Notes: generated by a model not told the origin, from the sequence alone. A stretch of DNA of 64,000 nucleotides from Octopus sinensis (GCF_006345805.1 NC_043002.1:85374001-85438000), one strand, 5' to 3'. Positions 12,491 to 27,279 are shown, numbered from the stretch's first letter. Numbers and translations: made by a program.

Positions 12491-13761
12491 ATATTTCTGC
12501 TTCAGCAACTCAGGACTGAATCTGTCTGAAATGTAATGGAAAACAGTTTAGTTTCAAAACATTGATATCCAAGTCACAAAAGCAAAGTTTGAAGGGAATA
12601 GTAGTCATTTCCTTTGATTTCTAGATAGAAGCAAATAGGAAATAAAAACTAACCAAAGACACACAAACAAACAAAAATAAAAGTACAAATTATGTATGTA
12701 ATCTGCTGCATTAAAAAATCAAGCAGCAACATAGAATATTTAATTTTGGTTATCAGACTTTTTTATTTATATATTGTCTCACCCATGCTAGCATGAAAGA
12801 TGGATGATGATGATGATGATGATGGTGATGGTAGTGGTGGTGGTGGTGGTGGTGATGATGATCTGTAGTTCTTTTACTTTATAGACAAGTGAACTTTTAC
12901 TATTTTTTTTCTTATTTTAGTTTCATAAAATTCTCACATTTATATAAATTTTGGGGTCAGTATGTAAATGGATAAACTACTTAAATGTTATCTGATCTGA
13001 AGAATGTCATGTCGAGGTGACACTAATTACAATATTTAATATTCTGTTTATATGACTAATGTATCTGACTGTTGTTTGTTGTGCTATCGATGCTTCAGTT
13101 GTGAAACTGTGGCAGAGTGGGCCAGAAAGATAAAAATATGTCAATAGAAACAAAATCTGTGAGTTCAATCCTAGTTCTTGTGTTTTTAAGTTTTGTTTTT
13201 TATTGAGTTTGGTCATTGAACTGTGCCTCACCAAAGGCTACAGTTCAGTTTAGTAAGTGCATTACTTTATCTGGTACTTATTTTATCTGACTTGTAAGGG
13301 GTGAAAGGTGAAGTTGACTTGGGCAAAAAGAAATATAAATTCAAGAAACAATAATAATAGTTTTTGATTTAGACACAAAACCAACACTTTTCAAGATACG
13401 TAATGTAGATGGTAACATTGACCACCCCAATACTTGATTTTATTTTCCCAGCTTTGAAAAGAGGAAAAGCAGTGCTGGCCATGGCTGGATTTGAAGACAG
13501 GAACATAAAGAATTAGAAGAAATATTGCTACATATTTATTCTAATACTCTAACATCTATATTACTACTACTACTACTAACAACAACACCCCTTTCTACCA
13601 TAGGCACGAGGCCTGAAATTTGGTGGGAGGGAGCCAGTCGATAACATCGACCCCAGTATGCAACTAGTAGTTAATTTCTATATCTGAGAGATGAGGAATT
13701 ATGTACATTATCTACATTATTTACATTTGATGGATATTTGTCCTCATCTTGTTTATTGTTA

Positions 13762-13805
13762 ACACAATGTTTCAGCTGATATACCCTCCAGTCTTCATCA
13801 GGTGT
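13762..13805 (-). ncRNA. Hammerhead motif of the tRNA-headed element
   Basis: RC: ACAC-CTGATGA-A-GACTG-gagggtatat-CAGCT-GAAAC-ATT-GTGT. Confidence 0.7.
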
Positions 13806-13860
13806 TTTGTGGAAATTTCGAACCTGGGTTCTCATTCGTAAGGTATTTTCGATGTTGTTG

Positions 13861-13899
<39 letters not shown>

Positions 13900-14518
13900 T
13901 CACTGTCTGGAATTGAATAATAATAATAACAGCAACAACAATAATAAATGCCCTGATGCAGTACCAGGCAGTGGCTCTTGTAGCTTCTGATCTTAACTGA
14001 TTGGAAGTATTATCATGTACATTGTTTTGTCTTGGTATAAAAGATGGGCTACAGCAAATATTCTGCTCAATACCACAGATTTGCTTGTCAGTTGTTTGAC
14101 CTTAACCAGTTGAGCATGTCCCTTAGTGGCTGACGATATGTGCATCTCTGATCATGAGCAGAAGTAGTTGGCGAGCACCAAAGCCATGTGTTGAGAGGGA
14201 TTCTTTGGGGTTTGAATAAGTCGCCTTTGGAAACATGGATGTTTCGTTCAACATCCTTAAACAGCCCTTATTCAGGGACCTTTTGAGCGGGATGGGTTAC
14301 TCGACCAGAAGAACATTCTAACTGGGCCTCACCTGCAAGGTCATGTGCTGTTTATCTTGATATGAGATCACCATGTCGGGCACATATGGTTGTGATGCAT
14401 GTACCTGGTGTACCCTTATCAGACGGGTAGCCATAATGGGTATACTGGGCTTCGTATATTTTACCCCAGTGTCACTTTGATGGCATGCACTGCTCTCTCA
14501 CTCAATAATAATAATAAT

Positions 14519-14549
<31 letters not shown>

Positions 14550-14606
14550 ATAATAACATCGAAAAATACATTAGGAATGAGAACCCAGGTTCGAAATTTC
14601 CCCAAG

Positions 14607-14650
14607 ACACCTGATGAAGGCTGGAGGGTATATCAGCTGAAATGATGTGT
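14607..14650 (+). ncRNA. Hammerhead motif, same family (stem III decayed)
   Basis: ACAC-CTGATGA-A-GGCTG-gagggtatat-CAGCT-GAAA-TGAT-GTGT. Confidence 0.7.
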
Positions 14651-15029
14651 TAACAACAAACAAGATGAGGTCAAATATTTGTCAAATGTAAATAATGTAG
14701 TACTTAATTTATCGACCCTGAAAGGATGAAAGGCAAAGTCGACCTCGGCAGAATTAGAACTCAGAACGTAGCAACGGGCGAAATACTGCTAAGAATCTCG
14801 TCCAGCATGCTAACAATTCTGCCAGCTCGGCACCTTTAACAACAACAATAATAATAATGATAAAATTAATCATCAACATCATCATTGGCATTGTTGCTTA
14901 TTCATTATTAATAATAATGAGTCTTACATTATATGCCACTAGGTTGATGGACATTTTAAAATATTTCCAGTATAATTTTACAAAATAATATATTCTTGCA
15001 TGTGTGCATATGTGTGTGTGTATTCAAAA

Positions 15030-15069
<40 letters not shown>

Positions 15070-15276
15070 AGTGTACATGCACACATACACATATCTATAC
15101 ACACGCATGATGGTCGCTACTGTTGGTTTTGATGTATGAGTGTTTGAAGGAGAGGACCTAAAGAGAATCAGAATGCAAAAACATAGAAAAACTAATAAGC
15201 AACATCTATTTGTGATGGATGCTATGGGTATATATGTATATATGTATACATATAAATATACATATATGTGTATGCA

Positions 15277-15308
<32 letters not shown>

Positions 15309-15532
15309 CGTACTTGTGTGTACCCTTGTCTTGACATCACATGATGTTTGTGAACAAGCGTCATCATCATACAGGTAATCTTCCATGAAAAATATGTCTG
15401 GCCATTGAGAAATATTTCCTTGCTTGGAAACCATAAAGATTAGCAACAGGAAGGGCATCCAGCTGTAAAAAATCTACCTCAACAAATTCGCCTGGCCCAT
15501 AGGAAAGCAGACGAATGATGATGATGGTATAT

Positions 15533-15947
15533 ACTCTTTTAATCTTTTACTTATTTCAGTCATTTGACTGTGGCCATGCTGGAGCACTGCCTTTAGTCGA
15601 GCAAATCGACTCCAGGACTTATTCTTTGTAAGCCTAGTACTTATTCTATCGGTCTCTTTTGCCGAGCCGCTAAGTTACGGGGACCTAAACACACCAGCAT
15701 CGGTTGTCAAATGATGTTGGGGGGGACAAACACAGACACACAAACATAGACACACACATACATATATATATACATATATATACGACAGGCTTCTTTCAGT
15801 TTCCGTTTACCAAATCCACTCACAAGGCATTGCTCGGCCCTATGCTATAGTAGGAGACACTTGCCCAAGGTGCCACGCAGTGGGACTGAATTCGGAACCA
15901 TGTGGTTTGTAAGCAAGCTACTTACCACGCAGCCACTCCTACACCTA
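15533..15947 (-). mobile_element. SINE family O (tRNA head + CORE + internal TA/TG microsatellite + long tail)
   Basis: RC head AGGAGTGGCTGCGTGGTAAG...GTCCCACTGCGTGGCACCTTGGGCAAGTGTC; tail ...GACTGAAATAAGTAAAAGA; many copies in the window. Confidence 0.9.
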
Positions 15948-16559
15948 TAAGTGTAATATCATCATCATTTCATGTCTGCTTTCCATGCTGTCATGGGTTG
16001 GACAGTTTGAGATGGAGCTGCCTAGGCAGAAGACTGCACCAGGCTTCAGTGTCTATTTTTTTTTAATATTTATGTGTGTGTGTGTGTGTTTCTCTGTGTT
16101 TGTCCCCTCATCACCGCTTGACAACCAGTGTTGGTGTATTTACATCCTCGTAGCCTAGCAGGTTGGCAAACGAGACTGATAGAATAAGTATTAGGCTTAA
16201 AACATAAGTCCTGGGATCAATTTGTTTGACTAAAACCCTTCAAGGTGGTGCTCTTGCATGGCTACAGACAAATGACTGAAGTAAGTTATGGAATGTTCTA
16301 GACCTTAAAATATGTGTCACTCTGACAATCCACTAAATTTTCTTTCACTTCAAAATGGGTAGTGGGTACATTACAGATTGCTAATCTTTTTATCTTTTAT
16401 CTTTCACTTGTCCCAGTCATTAGACTGCAGCCATGCTGGGGCATACCACCTTGAAGAATCTTTTGTAGTCAAATGAATTGACACCAGTACTCTTTTTTAA
16501 AATTCAAATCTGGTACTTATTCTATTGATCGCTTTTGCAAAACCATTTAGTCACATGTA

Positions 16560-16601
<42 letters not shown>

Positions 16602-16604
<3 letters not shown>

Positions 16605-17088
16605 TCATTATCATCATCATCATCGTTTAATGTCTGCTTTCCATGCTAGCATGGGTTGGACGATTTGACTGAAGTCTTGGCAAACTAGATGGCTACACCA
16701 GACTCCAATCTGCTCTGGCAGAGTTTCTATGGCTGGATACCCTTCCTATCGTCAACCACTCTAAGAATGTAGTGGGTGCTTTTACATGCCACCGGCATGA
16801 GGGCCAGTCAGGCGGTACTGGCAGTGGCCATGCTCAATGGTGCTTTTTATGTGCCACCTGCACAGGAGCCAGTTCAGCGGCACTGGCAATGACCTCATTC
16901 GAATGTTTTTTTCACGTGCCACCAGCACAAGTGCCAGTAAGGCGACGTAGGTAACGATCATGGTCGAATGGGGCTTTTCTACATGCCTTTGGCATGGAGG
17001 CCAGCTTGTTGCTCTGGCAACAATCACGCTCGTGTGGTACTCTTAGCACTCCACTAGCATGGATGCCAGTAATCGAATTTGATTTCAA

Positions 17089-17090
<2 letters not shown>
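16602..17090 (-). mobile_element. SINE family R with internal ~60-bp tandem units
   Basis: (ATC)n tail at 16602-16625, GGATACCCTTCCTA domain, repeated GTGCTTTTACATGCCACC units 16775-17060. Confidence 0.8.
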
Positions 17091-17120
<30 letters not shown>

Positions 17121-18682
17121 ATACACAATGGGCTTCTTTCAGTTTTTGTCTATCAAATCCATTCACAAGGCTTTGGTTGTCCCAAGGCTATAGTAGAAGA
17201 CACTTGGCAAAGGTGCCATGCAGTGGGGACTGAACCCAAAGACATGTGGTTGTGAAGCAAGCTTCTTACCACACAGCTACTCTTTTACAAAATCATTGCA
17301 ATTCAAACTATTAACCTAATTTTACCTTTAACTTTAGATAAGAGATTAAATAACACTAATGATGATGATGGTGGTGATGATGATGATGACGACGACAACA
17401 AAGATGATGATGGTGATGATGATGATGATGATGATGATGATGGGGAGGATAGTGGTGGTGGTTAGATAAAATTTTAAATACAATTATACAAAGCACCATT
17501 TTGTTCCCATTAAAATATCTTTTGCATGAATGGCATGGAGAAAAAAGTCAGTCAGCAAGAATTATTTGATTTAATCTTTCAGAGGGTTTATATGCAAAAT
17601 AAATAAATAACAGAAAACAATAATGATAATAATAACAATAATAACTACTAGCATGGAAACTAAGATGATTATATTTCATTATTTGGCCTTAATACTGTTT
17701 ATGTTAAAGCATTTATTTTTTTGTGAATGTATTTTTATATATTTATTTTACATATTTTTTTGTACATTTGATTTTTGTGATGTGATTATAAGGATAAATA
17801 ACATGTAAAAAATTTGAATGAGTTGGAAGAAAACAGTTTTTTTATTTTATTGGTCACACACTTTTGCTGAGTGTAAACATGAGTAACGTTGTGATTGATT
17901 TCTGTCTTATATCCCATATGATGTTTATGAAATATATTAAATACATATGTATTTATGAATTTGAAATATGCAATATATATAAAAATATGTATACAATAAG
18001 CAATTACAGAGGAAATATACATATATACATACATACATCCATACATACAAACATTCATACATACATACATATATATATATATAATATATATATACACACA
18101 CACATAAATACATATATATATATAAAAATATATACACATATATATATATATTATACATATATATTTATATATACATATGCATATATACATGTATATCATA
18201 AATACACACACACACATATATATAACATATATTCAGACACACACAAACACACACACATACATGCACAAACACACACATACATGCGTAAATTATATTTGTG
18301 TGTGTAAATGGAAACTGAAGCTAATACTGTATATTTATACAAATGTATACATAAAAATAATTGATTTGATAATGCAATGCAGGTTCTAAAGAAAGTATAA
18401 TGGAATTTACATAAACGAGCCTGGCAAGGAAATAGAAATAACTGTGTGTGTATTTGAAAGTATGTGTCCATAAACTGTGAAAGTGTATGAAAATAGGAGG
18501 TTTTCACCAATTCACATCTATTTTATTTTAGCTTATTTGTATAATAATTGCATAACAAATATGAAATATAAATGTTTATGGATATTTGTATTTATGTGAA
18601 CATGCATGGTTATGAATAAAAATAAGTAACTACATTCACAAATATATGTCTGTGTGTGTCTCTCTCTCTCTCTTTGTACCTG

Positions 18683-18714
<32 letters not shown>

Positions 18715-18749
18715 ATATGTATATACATACATGTTTGTACTTAGCAAGC

Positions 18750-18805
<56 letters not shown>

Positions 18806-19021
18806 TATATATATATGGTTCAATTGTACAGAAAAGACAAAGACAGGTGAGGTAACAATAAGCAGGTCTATTGGTTTGACGCTTGGAAAGAATGGAAAAT
18901 TCTTTGACGTTTCAAACCTATGCTCTTTGGCAGAAAGAGATGAGTGGAGAAAAATGGAGGGAGAAAGAAGAAGTGGAGGGAGAGAGAGATAGTCTCTGGA
19001 TTACTGGTTTAACATAATGAA

Positions 19022-19071
<50 letters not shown>

Positions 19072-19268
19072 ATACATACATATAAATATACACAGAGACT
19101 TATATATACATATATATGATTTACAGATATATATATATATGTATATATATATAATATACATACATATTATTTACAAACAACTTGCAGATGCAAGTGTTAC
19201 TTGTTGAAAGCTCCACATACCTGATGCTAGGTAGTTTATCGGGTCATTGGGCGAGAATGCATGCCATT

Positions 19269-19316
<48 letters not shown>

Positions 19317-19405
19317 AATACATACTTACATACACACACACATGTATATATATATTTATGCACATCTATATATGTATATGTTTGTATATATACATTATAT
19401 ATATA

Positions 19406-20755
19406 CAGAGGTGGGACAAAATAATGGAAACATTAAAATTTCAAACAAATTTATTTTAATATTAGGTAGGACTGCCTTTGGCAGTAATTACAGCTTGAAT
19501 TCTATGAGGTATGGGCTTGTACAAAGTTTGAATTGTTTCCGAAGGAAATTTTATCCATTCTTCAGCTAAAACAGTCTCCAGTTCTTGTAGTAATGATGGT
19601 GGAGGATATCGACTCCTTACCTTTTTTCTAAAATGCACCATAAATGTTCAATAATATTGAGATCTGGGGGACTGTGGTGACCAGATAAGATGTTCAACTT
19701 CACTAGAATGTTCTTCGTGCCATTCAGTAACAACTTTAGCTGTATGAATTGATGCATTATCATCCTGAAAGACGATGTTTCGCTCCAGAAACAGTTCCGC
19801 AACCATAGGAGGAATTTGGTCAGATAAAATGCTTAAATAGTCTTGACTATTAGTTCTACCATAAAGGGAAACCATTGACCCTGTGGATTTCCAAGATATA
19901 CCCCACTGGATCATCACAGATCCTCCTCGTGTTTAACAGATGGAAGAAGGCAGCCTGGGTCAAATGCTTCTTTTGGCTGTCTCCACACATATACTCTGCC
20001 GGTGGTCAGAAGTAGGGTAAAGGATAACTCATCTAAGAAAATAACATTCTTCCACTGCTCTAGGGACCAATTTTGTAGATTTTTACTCCACTCTAAACAT
20101 TTTGCAACGTTTGTTTTTAAAAGTATTGGTTTTCTGATTGCACCCCTCCCATGAAATCCAGCTTTGTGCAGCTCCTGGTGAGCAGTTTTTGTGGAAACTG
20201 GGTTTTCAAGGTGGTCATTAAGCTCTGCAGTAATTTTGAGCACAGGTATATGGTGTAGTGGTTAAAAGCACGGGCTACTAACCCCAAGATTCTGAGCAGG
20301 CAGTGACCTGATTAATAATAATAATAATAACATTGAAAAATACCTTAGGAATGAGAACCCAGGTTCAAAATTTCCACAAGACACTTGATGATGGCCGAAA
20401 CATTGTGTTAACAACAAACAAGATGAGGACAAATATCCATCAAATGTAAATAATGTACATGATTTCTCATCTCTTAAATATAGAACTGCTGTCATTACTT
20501 TCGAGACAGTACTTCTTGATACACCTAACATTTCAACTGTTTTCCTTATGCTAGTACCTACCATACGAGCACCAACAATTTTGCTTCTTTGAAAGTCTGA
20601 TAGATCTGTCGTTTTCATGAATTTTAATTACCTTTTTCTGGTGATATCTGAAAAGAAACAGCAATCTTAGCAAAACATATTAAGCAACACTAATCAAAAA
20701 ACTTTAAAATAAACAAGCTTTTGACGGTTTTATAGATACTTCAAAATTATGAAGG
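19406..20755 (-). mobile_element. Tc1 (DD34E) transposon, decayed, interrupted at ~20240-20486
   Basis: TA|CAGAGGTGGGACAAAATAATGGAAAC TIR at 19406; transposase pieces MKTTDLSDFQRSKIVGAR..., VIFLDE, FQDDNASIH, SPPDLNIIEHLW across frameshifts; second TIR not seen. Confidence 0.9.
20240..20486 (+). mobile_element. tRNA-headed SINE-like element with hammerhead-containing tail
   Basis: A box TGGTGTAGTGG (20251), tRNA-like body, (AAT)n, then the same tail as the 13.7/14.6 kb arms with HHR remnant ACAC-TTGATGA..GAAAC-ATT-GTGT (20381-20408). Confidence 0.75.
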
Positions 20756-21032
20756 ATATATATATGTGTATACACACACACACAAACACACGTACCCCCC
20801 ACACACACACATATAATATATATATATATATATGCATACACACACGCTCGCAGACATATGCTTATAAAACAAAAGGTAAAAGGGATTCATAAATCTTTAG
20901 ATAAGCATCTAGAAAGCACCCATTGTTACACAAACATGGTTAACTATATTAGATACCAATAAATTGAAGAAGAATTAATATCTAAGGTAATTCCTCGTGT
21001 ATGCTAAGTAAATTCAAATATCACTTAGAAGT

Positions 21033-21210
21033 AGGCGTAGGAGTGGCTGTGTGGTAAGTAGCTTGCTTACAAACCACATGGTTCCGGGTTCAGTCCCACT
21101 GCGTGGCATCTTGGGCAAGTGTCTTCTACTATAGCCTCGGGCTGATCAAAGCCTTGTGAGTGGATTTGGTAGATGGAAACTGAAAGAAGCCCTTTGTATA
21201 TATATATATA

Positions 21211-21257
<47 letters not shown>

Positions 21258-21390
21258 GTGTGTATATGTTTGTGTGTCTGTGTTTGTCCCCCCAACATCA
21301 CTTGACAACCGATACTGGTGTGTTTACGTCCCCGTAACGTAGCGGTTTGGCAAAAGAGACTGATAGAATAAGTACTAGACTTACAAACGT
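21033..21390 (+). mobile_element. SINE family O
   Basis: AGGCGTAGGAGTGGCTGTGTGGTAAG...GGTTCAGTCCC head, CORE, microsatellite, partial tail. Confidence 0.9.
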
Positions 21391-22451
21391 AACAAGAATG
21401 GAAAAAAATCACATCTTTAGTTGATGATGATACCTTACATTACTGATGATTGTATTGTTCCAGCATATTTAGATATAGAAAAAAAAGGTACAAAATGCCA
21501 GTCAATTTCATATATCTGAAAATTTATGCCAACACAATGTCATCAAGGTAATTCCCAACAGGGTTCAAAGTGAACTGAGATCATATCTCTAATACATAAA
21601 CGCATACAAAACAATGTTAAGAAGATATATAATATTCTGAAAAAATAAACATGGAAATTCTACATCACTAGATTTAGTTATCTAGCTATTAATATTATAC
21701 ATATGTACTTAAGGTAGCAAGCTGGCAGAATCGTTAGCATGCCAGGTAAAAAGCTAAGCAGCATTTCGTTTGTCGTTACCTACTGAGTTCAAATTATGCT
21801 GAGTTCGACTTTGCCTGTCATCCTTTTTGGGTTGATAAAATAAGTACCAGTTGAATACTAGGCCTGATGTGATTGACTAATCCACTATCTCGAAATTGCT
21901 GGCCTTGTGCCAAAATTCTGTATCAATATTGCACATATGTATAGACACAGAGTTGGCTGAGTTGTTAAGAAGTTTGCTTCTCAACTACATCTTAGGATTC
22001 AGTCCCAGTGTGTGGCACCTTGAACAAGTGTTTTCTACCTTAGCACCAAGATGGAAATTAAAACGAAGCCTGTTGTGTTTATAATATATGTGTGTGTTGG
22101 GTACATGTTCAAACATATGTGTGTTTGTATGAATGTTTACAACCTACACTGAAACAAAAATATAACTGATGACATCATCATTTTCAGATCAGCTATAAAT
22201 GGAGACATCACAGTTTATAGTTGAGCTGTGAGATATAATGTTTATCAACATTTCCTTTCAGTAAATTGTCGGCTAAATCTACATTTCCAAATTCCTCTGG
22301 AATAAAAGAAATCCATCACTTGATAAACAGATAAAAGCTGGCAACAGGAAAAGCCATTATAAAGATCCTGTCTTATAACCTTCCATTCAAGCTATGCTAG
22401 TATGGAGACACATATATTAAATAATATAAATGAACGATTGTGTGTATGCTT

Positions 22452-22509
<58 letters not shown>

Positions 22510-22837
22510 ACACATATACACACACATATATATATATATACACATATATACATATACACACACACACATAGGGATAATTCACAAAAAAACAAAAGACGAA
22601 GACAGATGGTGCAGATAACAAACAGATGTATTAGTTTAACACTCAGGAAGTGAAAAAAATCTTTAACATTTCGAGCCTGTGCTAGTGCCATGTAAAAAGC
22701 ACTGAGTCTACTCTGCAGAGTGGCTGGTGTTAGGCAGGGCATCCGGCCACAAATGCAGGACATCCGGCCAAAACAGACTCATAATTGCTGAGTGATGGTG
22801 ATTGTTATGATAGATGTGGAAATATTAATTGCTGCTG

Positions 22838-23224
22838 ATTGTTGCTGTTGCTGTTGAGCGAACGGTCTTTGTCCCAGAGCTCGCAAGATGGGAGAAGTCT
22901 GAAACGTGGTCCTTTGTTATTTGTAAGACCTGCAGAAGAGAAAGCAGGTCAACCCCCCCGACACCGAGAGCATCGACAGATGGATGAATGCGCATCCAGG
23001 CTCAGCGGTTGCATAGGAAGTTGGGGACAAGAAACAGGAAGAAAGAGTGAGAGAAAGTTGGAGTGAAAGAGTACAACAGGGGTCGCCACCACCTCCTGCC
23101 AGGAGCCTCGTGGAACTTTAGGTGTTTTCACTCAATAAACACACACAACGCCCGGTCTGTGAATCGAAACCGTGATCCTCCGACTGCGAGTCTGCTGCCC
23201 TAACCATTGGGCCACTGCACCTCC
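22838..23224 (-). mobile_element. SINE family A head with tail type 2, (CAA/CAG)n end
   Basis: Head and core match 530-728; the 3' half differs entirely (CGATGCTCTCGGTGTCGGGGGG...ACCGTTCGCTCAACAGCAAC). Confidence 0.8.
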
Positions 23225-23890
<666 letters not shown>

Positions 23891-24422
23891 TTCCATTATT
23901 GTTCCATGAAGTCCTTCATGTGTATCAGAGCACACAAAGTAATTTCCGACATTATATCACCTTCCATGGACAATGCTATGTAGAAAAGGAAAAACAAACA
24001 AAAGTGTATATCGCAAAATTGCTTGAATTAAATTGTTTTTTAACATGACTCTGCGCAGCTGCAGATAGCTGATTTGATATGGTGTTGGGTATCAGACACT
24101 CAGGCTGATTGTTGACTATTCATCTCTGAGGACTCTTAATGGTCAAAACAAGTAACTCTCTGTTGGCCCACTCTCTCTCCTGAGCTCTAAACTGGTAATG
24201 GGATAAAATAGGGATTTTTTTTTACAGCTCTTCTCTGCCTTAGCTCTTGCTCAATCTTGCACTTATTTTCTCTCTTTTACTCTGTGTGTATGTAGGCATG
24301 CACATGCGTGTGTATGTATACAAATATATATATATATGTATGCATGTATCTCTGTATGTATGTATGTATGTATGTATGTATGTATGTATGTATGTATGTA
24401 TATGTATATGTGTATATATATA

Positions 24423-24876
24423 TACTCTTTTACTTGTTTCAGTCATTTGACTGCAGCCATGCTGGAGCACAGCTTTTAGTCGAGGAAATCGACCCTAGGA
24501 CTTATTCTTTGTAAGCCTAGTACTTATTCTATCGGTCTGTTTTTGCCGAACTGCTAGGTTACGGGGACGTAAACACATCAGCATTGGTTGTCAAGCGATG
24601 TTGGGGTGGGACAAACACAGACATATATATACATATATATACATATACATGTATACATATACATATATATACATATACATATATACATATATATATATAC
24701 ATATACATATATACAGCAGGCTTCTTTCAGTTTCCATCTATGAAATCCACTCACAAGGCTTTGGTCGACCTGAGCCTATAGTAGAAGACACTTGCCCAAG
24801 GTGCCACGTAGTAGGACTGAACCCAGAACCATGTGGTTGGTAAGCAAGCTACTTACCACATAGCTGCTCCTGCGCC
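24423..24876 (-). mobile_element. SINE family O
   Basis: Full-length match to 15533-15947. Confidence 0.9.
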
Positions 24877-25254
24877 TATATATATATATATATATATATT
24901 AGACAAAATGAGATACCAGCTGCATTAGCTGTTTTAGCTGTTGACCTAGTGTTATATGTCTGCGTGCGGGTCTAGGGTGTTTTAATGTGGGTTCTCCTAG
25001 GGTTCTAGCATAGTGTATGTGTCGTCTGTTTTGATTCTGATGTTTGGTGTGTCATTGCAATGGGTGGATTTGTGGTGATTGGAATGAATGTTTAAGTATT
25101 TAAGGTATTTGGTTAGATTTGTGATAAGGGAGATATTGGGAGGTTTCTAAGTTTAAAGTTACGTCTAAAAAGTTAGGTACTTTTGTGAGAATTTTCAAAA
25201 GTAATAGACAGGTTTAGGCTAGAGAGAAATCTAGCTCGTTCTAAAGAGGATTTA

Positions 25255-25651
25255 TTTAGGGAAATGTATTTGGAGCTGGTGGAGTATGTGTAGTCCAATG
25301 AGGTCGGTGACCTGGGCGGAGTCGGATGATCCCATGGTAATGTCAAATAAATTGATATGGTTATTGGTATTGTTATGATGATTAGCCTAGCACCAGAGTT
25401 TGTCCTCAAAAGAAATAGGGGTTTTACGGGCATTAAGGATTATATTAATTTCTAGTGGGCTAAGGTTAGTTAAATTCCTAGCTTGATGGAGAGCTTGATT
25501 AAGAAGTTTGGGAGAAATAGAAGAGTAGAGATTATATCGAATTGTAGGAAAGAATAACAGTTTTTGTTGTTTAAGAGATAGAACCATGTTATAACTTCAT
25601 TTGTACAGGACCATAAATTGATGTTTAATCTCTCCTTGATGACTGGTATTG
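25255..25651 (-). pseudogene. Penelope-like (Naiad-like) RT fragment
   Basis: NLWSCTNEVITWF..FLQFDI / LYSSISPKLLNQAL..IILNARKT..LWC / LFDITMGSSDSAQVTDLIGLHIL. Confidence 0.8.
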
Positions 25652-26499
25652 GACAAAATAGTATATATACAAATATAAGTGAGTATATGTATGTGCATGT
25701 ATGTATACGTACATACCTGTATGCATGTGTGTATGTGACTGTGTGTAAGTGCATGTGCCTGCACATATGTTTGTGCATGTGCATATATGTGTATATGTAT
25801 ATGCATGCATATGTGTGTATGAATACATGTACGGATTGCATGTATATATATATATGTGTATGTATATGCATATGTATATATGTGTGGTTGTGTGTATATG
25901 TATGTATACATATGCGCCCATGTATATGTATGAGTGTGCATGCATATATCCTACTTTCTTTTTTTTCTGATTCAAAGCTATCACAGTAACCTATACAATC
26001 ACATACGTCTATTTATAGAAATTTCACATCCTTGTATTCTTTCCTCCACTTTAAATTTTACTACTAAAGCTACTACTTACTTTGGTATCACCTCACCCAT
26101 ACCTTTTTTCTACTCATCCCTAAATGCAGCTCTATCATATCATCCCTACTCACATATCTCACACTTATTCACTCCTCCACTTCTCATCTCTTCCTGTCCC
26201 TCCCCTACTCCTCTCCCATCCTTCCCTCACATTATCTTGACTACAAACTAACACTCCTTTTCTCATTTCTTTCGCCCTTTCTTCACTTGTTTTCATTGTT
26301 TTCACTTTTTCTTTCTCTTTTTCTCTCTTTCTTCCTCTCATTTTCTCTTCTTATTTTCATTTTGAGCTATCTCCTCTTTCTAATCATACACCCCCCACCA
26401 CCACCACATATATCCACAAATACTACCAATACATTCTCAAATTTTCATTCACACCACAAGACCCTTTCAAATGAGCAACACAGACTCCATGGCTCCATA

Positions 26500-26922
26500 C
26501 TCTGCACCATGCCACACAAGTAGGAGAACCCAGTCATGGCTGTCAGATAATTTCTGTGACCACATCACCCCTAACATCTGGCCACCTAACTCCCCAGACT
26601 GCAACCCCCTTGACTATCATGTGTGAGGTGCAGTCGATCAAGAGACCAACAAAACTCCTTGTAACACCAAAGATGAACTGAAGGCAAAGATAATGCAGCT
26701 TTCACCAACTTAAACAAGGAGACCATCCAGAAGAGTTACAGGAGATTCTGAAGTCGTCTGGAGGCCGTAGTTGCAGCCAATGGCGATTTTATTGAGTAAA
26801 TTTGCTCTTTAGTGTTTCAAGTTATTTTTATGTAATTTTGGTAAATATATCTGTTTAACTGAGATGTCAGTGTTATTTTCATTTTTGTGTAATTTAGACA
26901 ACAGTTTATTCACCACACCCTG
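26500..26922 (+). mobile_element. DD37D (maT)-type Tc1/mariner 3' half with terminal TIR
   Basis: SAPCHTSRRTQSWL..WPPNSPDCNPLDY..V*G...RLEAVVAANGDFIE*; ends CACCCTG|TA. Confidence 0.85.
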
Positions 26923-26965
26923 TATATACATATTGATTAAACCTCGCTAAGTTAAATATTTAAAT

Positions 26966-27028
26966 CACCTGAAGAATGACTGTAACTCGAATTTTTACGA
27001 ATTGGACAGCCATGAAACGATCGTAGTG
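26966..27028 (+). ncRNA. Type-I hammerhead ribozyme motif
   Basis: CAC-CTGAAGA-ATGACTGT..ACAGCCAT-GAAAC-GATC-GTA-GTG. Confidence 0.75.
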
Positions 27029-27164
27029 TTATACTAATTATCTTTTTTTAATAATTTTGATATATATTTAAAATAATATAAATGAATTAATCTTATGTAT
27101 TGGCTTAAGTTTTTCATTGTATGACTTGCCTAATAGTGGTTTTATCGGTAATTTAATATATATA

Positions 27165-27198
<34 letters not shown>

Positions 27199-27241
27199 CT
27201 ACACACAAACAGATGAATATATGTATGTATATATATATATT

Positions 27242-27279
<38 letters not shown>

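Larger units (their letters stand above)
13678..14697. mobile_element. PLE-style composite insertion with inverted HHR-bearing arms, inside a family M SINE (13590-14835)
   Basis: Arms ~13714-13895 and ~14505-14698 are reverse complements; TAGTA(G/C)TTAATTT repeated at 13665-13677 and 14698-14710; the SINE resumes at 14701. Confidence 0.8.
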
